A stretch of 64,000 bases of DNA from the IMG/VR virus record IMGVR_UViG_3300002835_000015, positions 94,799 through 158,798 of that record. One strand, given 5' to 3'. Below the pieces are notes generated by a model. That model saw nothing but the letters and a program-made list of their open reading frames with translations, ran no database searches and was not told the origin of the DNA. The DNA is from a virus. Below, in pieces: positions 62,963 to 64,000 of this stretch (positions are counted from its first letter, which is position 1; every line of letters begins with the position of its first letter). The translations under genes and the position numbers were made by a program.

Positions 62963-63227
62963 AAACTTTGATGATCCTGAGTATAAAAAATGGAGAAATA
63001 AAATTTATGCAAGGGATAATCATACTTGTCAATGGCCAGGATGTTCTAATAAGAAAAAATTGAATGCTCATCATATTCGTCGTTGGGCTGATTTTCCAGG
63101 ACTACGGTTCGCTGTTGATAATGGAATAACATTGTGTAAAGATCATCATAAAGCAATTACTGGTGTAGAAACTTATTATGAGGCTGTTTTTTATAACATA
63201 GTAAAACAGAAAAATAATGACAAATAA
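62955..63227 (+). CDS. HNH endonuclease
   Basis: RDNHTCQ...AHHI...NGITLCKDHH. Confidence 0.85.
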   Translation: MIRNFDDPEYKKWRNKIYARDNHTCQWPGCSNKKKLNAHHIRRWADFPGLRFAVDNGITLCKDHHKAITGVETYYEAVFYNIVKQKNNDK

Positions 63228-63708
63228 TAATACTTATAATAATTTTACCATTATAATAGACACGCGCGAACAACAGCCGTGGAATTTTGAGAGTTATACA
63301 ACGGCACATAAGAAACTTGATACTGGAGATTATAGTATCGAAGGACTGGAAAGCATTCTTACCATCGAAAGAAAAAAGAGCGCTAGTGAATTTGCTACAA
63401 ATATAGTGGAAAGTCGATTCAAAGATGTTATTATGCGCTTGAGTCAATTTAAATATTCATTTTTATTATTAGAATTTGACTTAGAGGACCTACTAATATA
63501 TCCGATAGGCAGTACTGTTCCTAAAAAAATGTGGGATAAAGTTAAAATTACTCCAGCTTTTTTAGTTAAAAATATACTTGAATTACAATTAAATCATAAT
63601 ATCAAAGTAATATTTTGTGGTAATGCAACTAGTGCTGAAAAAATAGCTGAATTTATATTTAAAAAAATACACTATATCGAAATGGTAAAAAAAACAGATG
63701 CCCAATAA
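63217..63708 (+). CDS. ERCC4-family nuclease
   Basis: IIDTREQQP, GDYS, IERK. Confidence 0.88.
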   Translation: MTNNNTYNNFTIIIDTREQQPWNFESYTTAHKKLDTGDYSIEGLESILTIERKKSASEFATNIVESRFKDVIMRLSQFKYSFLLLEFDLEDLLIYPIGSTVPKKMWDKVKITPAFLVKNILELQLNHNIKVIFCGNATSAEKIAEFIFKKIHYIEMVKKTDAQ

Positions 63709-64000
63709 TACTGATATAATATTTGACGATGCATGGTTGGGCTTGGGTGATCTATCAGCCCTGAGTTTGCCTAATAATGTAATGATACACAGGTCTGAGA
63801 AAGATATAGAATTTCCAGATCTTCATTTGATGCGTATATTAAAAAATCCTAAATATATTGGTAGTATGGTTAAATTACTATTTAATATAGAATTACATCC
63901 TATGCAAGTTGTAATTTTACAAGAATTTTGGATACGACCATTTCCAATGTATATTGCTAGTCGTGGTTGGGGAAAATCATTCTTATTAGCTTTGTATTGT
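63698..64000 (+). CDS. terL: Terminase large subunit, N-terminal part (runs off window end)
   Basis: Not in ORF track; MPNNTD...LHPMQVVIL...IASRGWGKSFLLA (Q motif plus Walker A). Confidence 0.8.
   Translation, partial: MPNNTDIIFDDAWLGLGDLSALSLPNNVMIHRSEKDIEFPDLHLMRILKNPKYIGSMVKLLFNIELHPMQVVILQEFWIRPFPMYIASRGWGKSFLLALYC

Overview
A segment of a large, AT-rich dsDNA tailed-phage genome. The host is possibly a Planctomycete (inferred only). Almost all genes from 1 to 60.3 kb lie on the minus strand. 0-12 kb holds nrdA, two [tail-fibre-like + trypsin-like protease] pairs, a C1 peptidase, a holin-like gene and a membrane PAS protein. 12-29 kb holds a sigma-like factor, nucleotide-metabolism genes (guaC, thyX, dCMP deaminase), ssb, rIIA/rIIB, a tmRNA and tRNA-Ser(ACT). 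29-40 kb is mostly small hypothetical ORFs. 40.7-59.3 kb is a more GC-rich, early-type region with tRNAs. From 60.4 kb a plus-strand block carries a second sigma-like gene, gmd, HNH, ERCC4 and the start of terminase large subunit. The main unexplained structure is in the 40.7-59.3 kb region, which is cut into cassettes by 19 copies of a 78-bp element. Each element is two 9-7-9 palindromes, always exactly 53 bp start-to-start. It usually sits flush against the 3' end of the previous gene or tRNA and is helically phased upstream of a promoter, often a nested sigma70 plus sigma28-like promoter. Other notable items are a second dispersed repeat family, two independent tRNA-Ser(ACT) genes, two non-canonical tRNA-like RNAs, several promoter-driven structured ncRNA candidates, and a GTGTATA late-promoter-like motif. 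All calls were made by eye; no searches were run.
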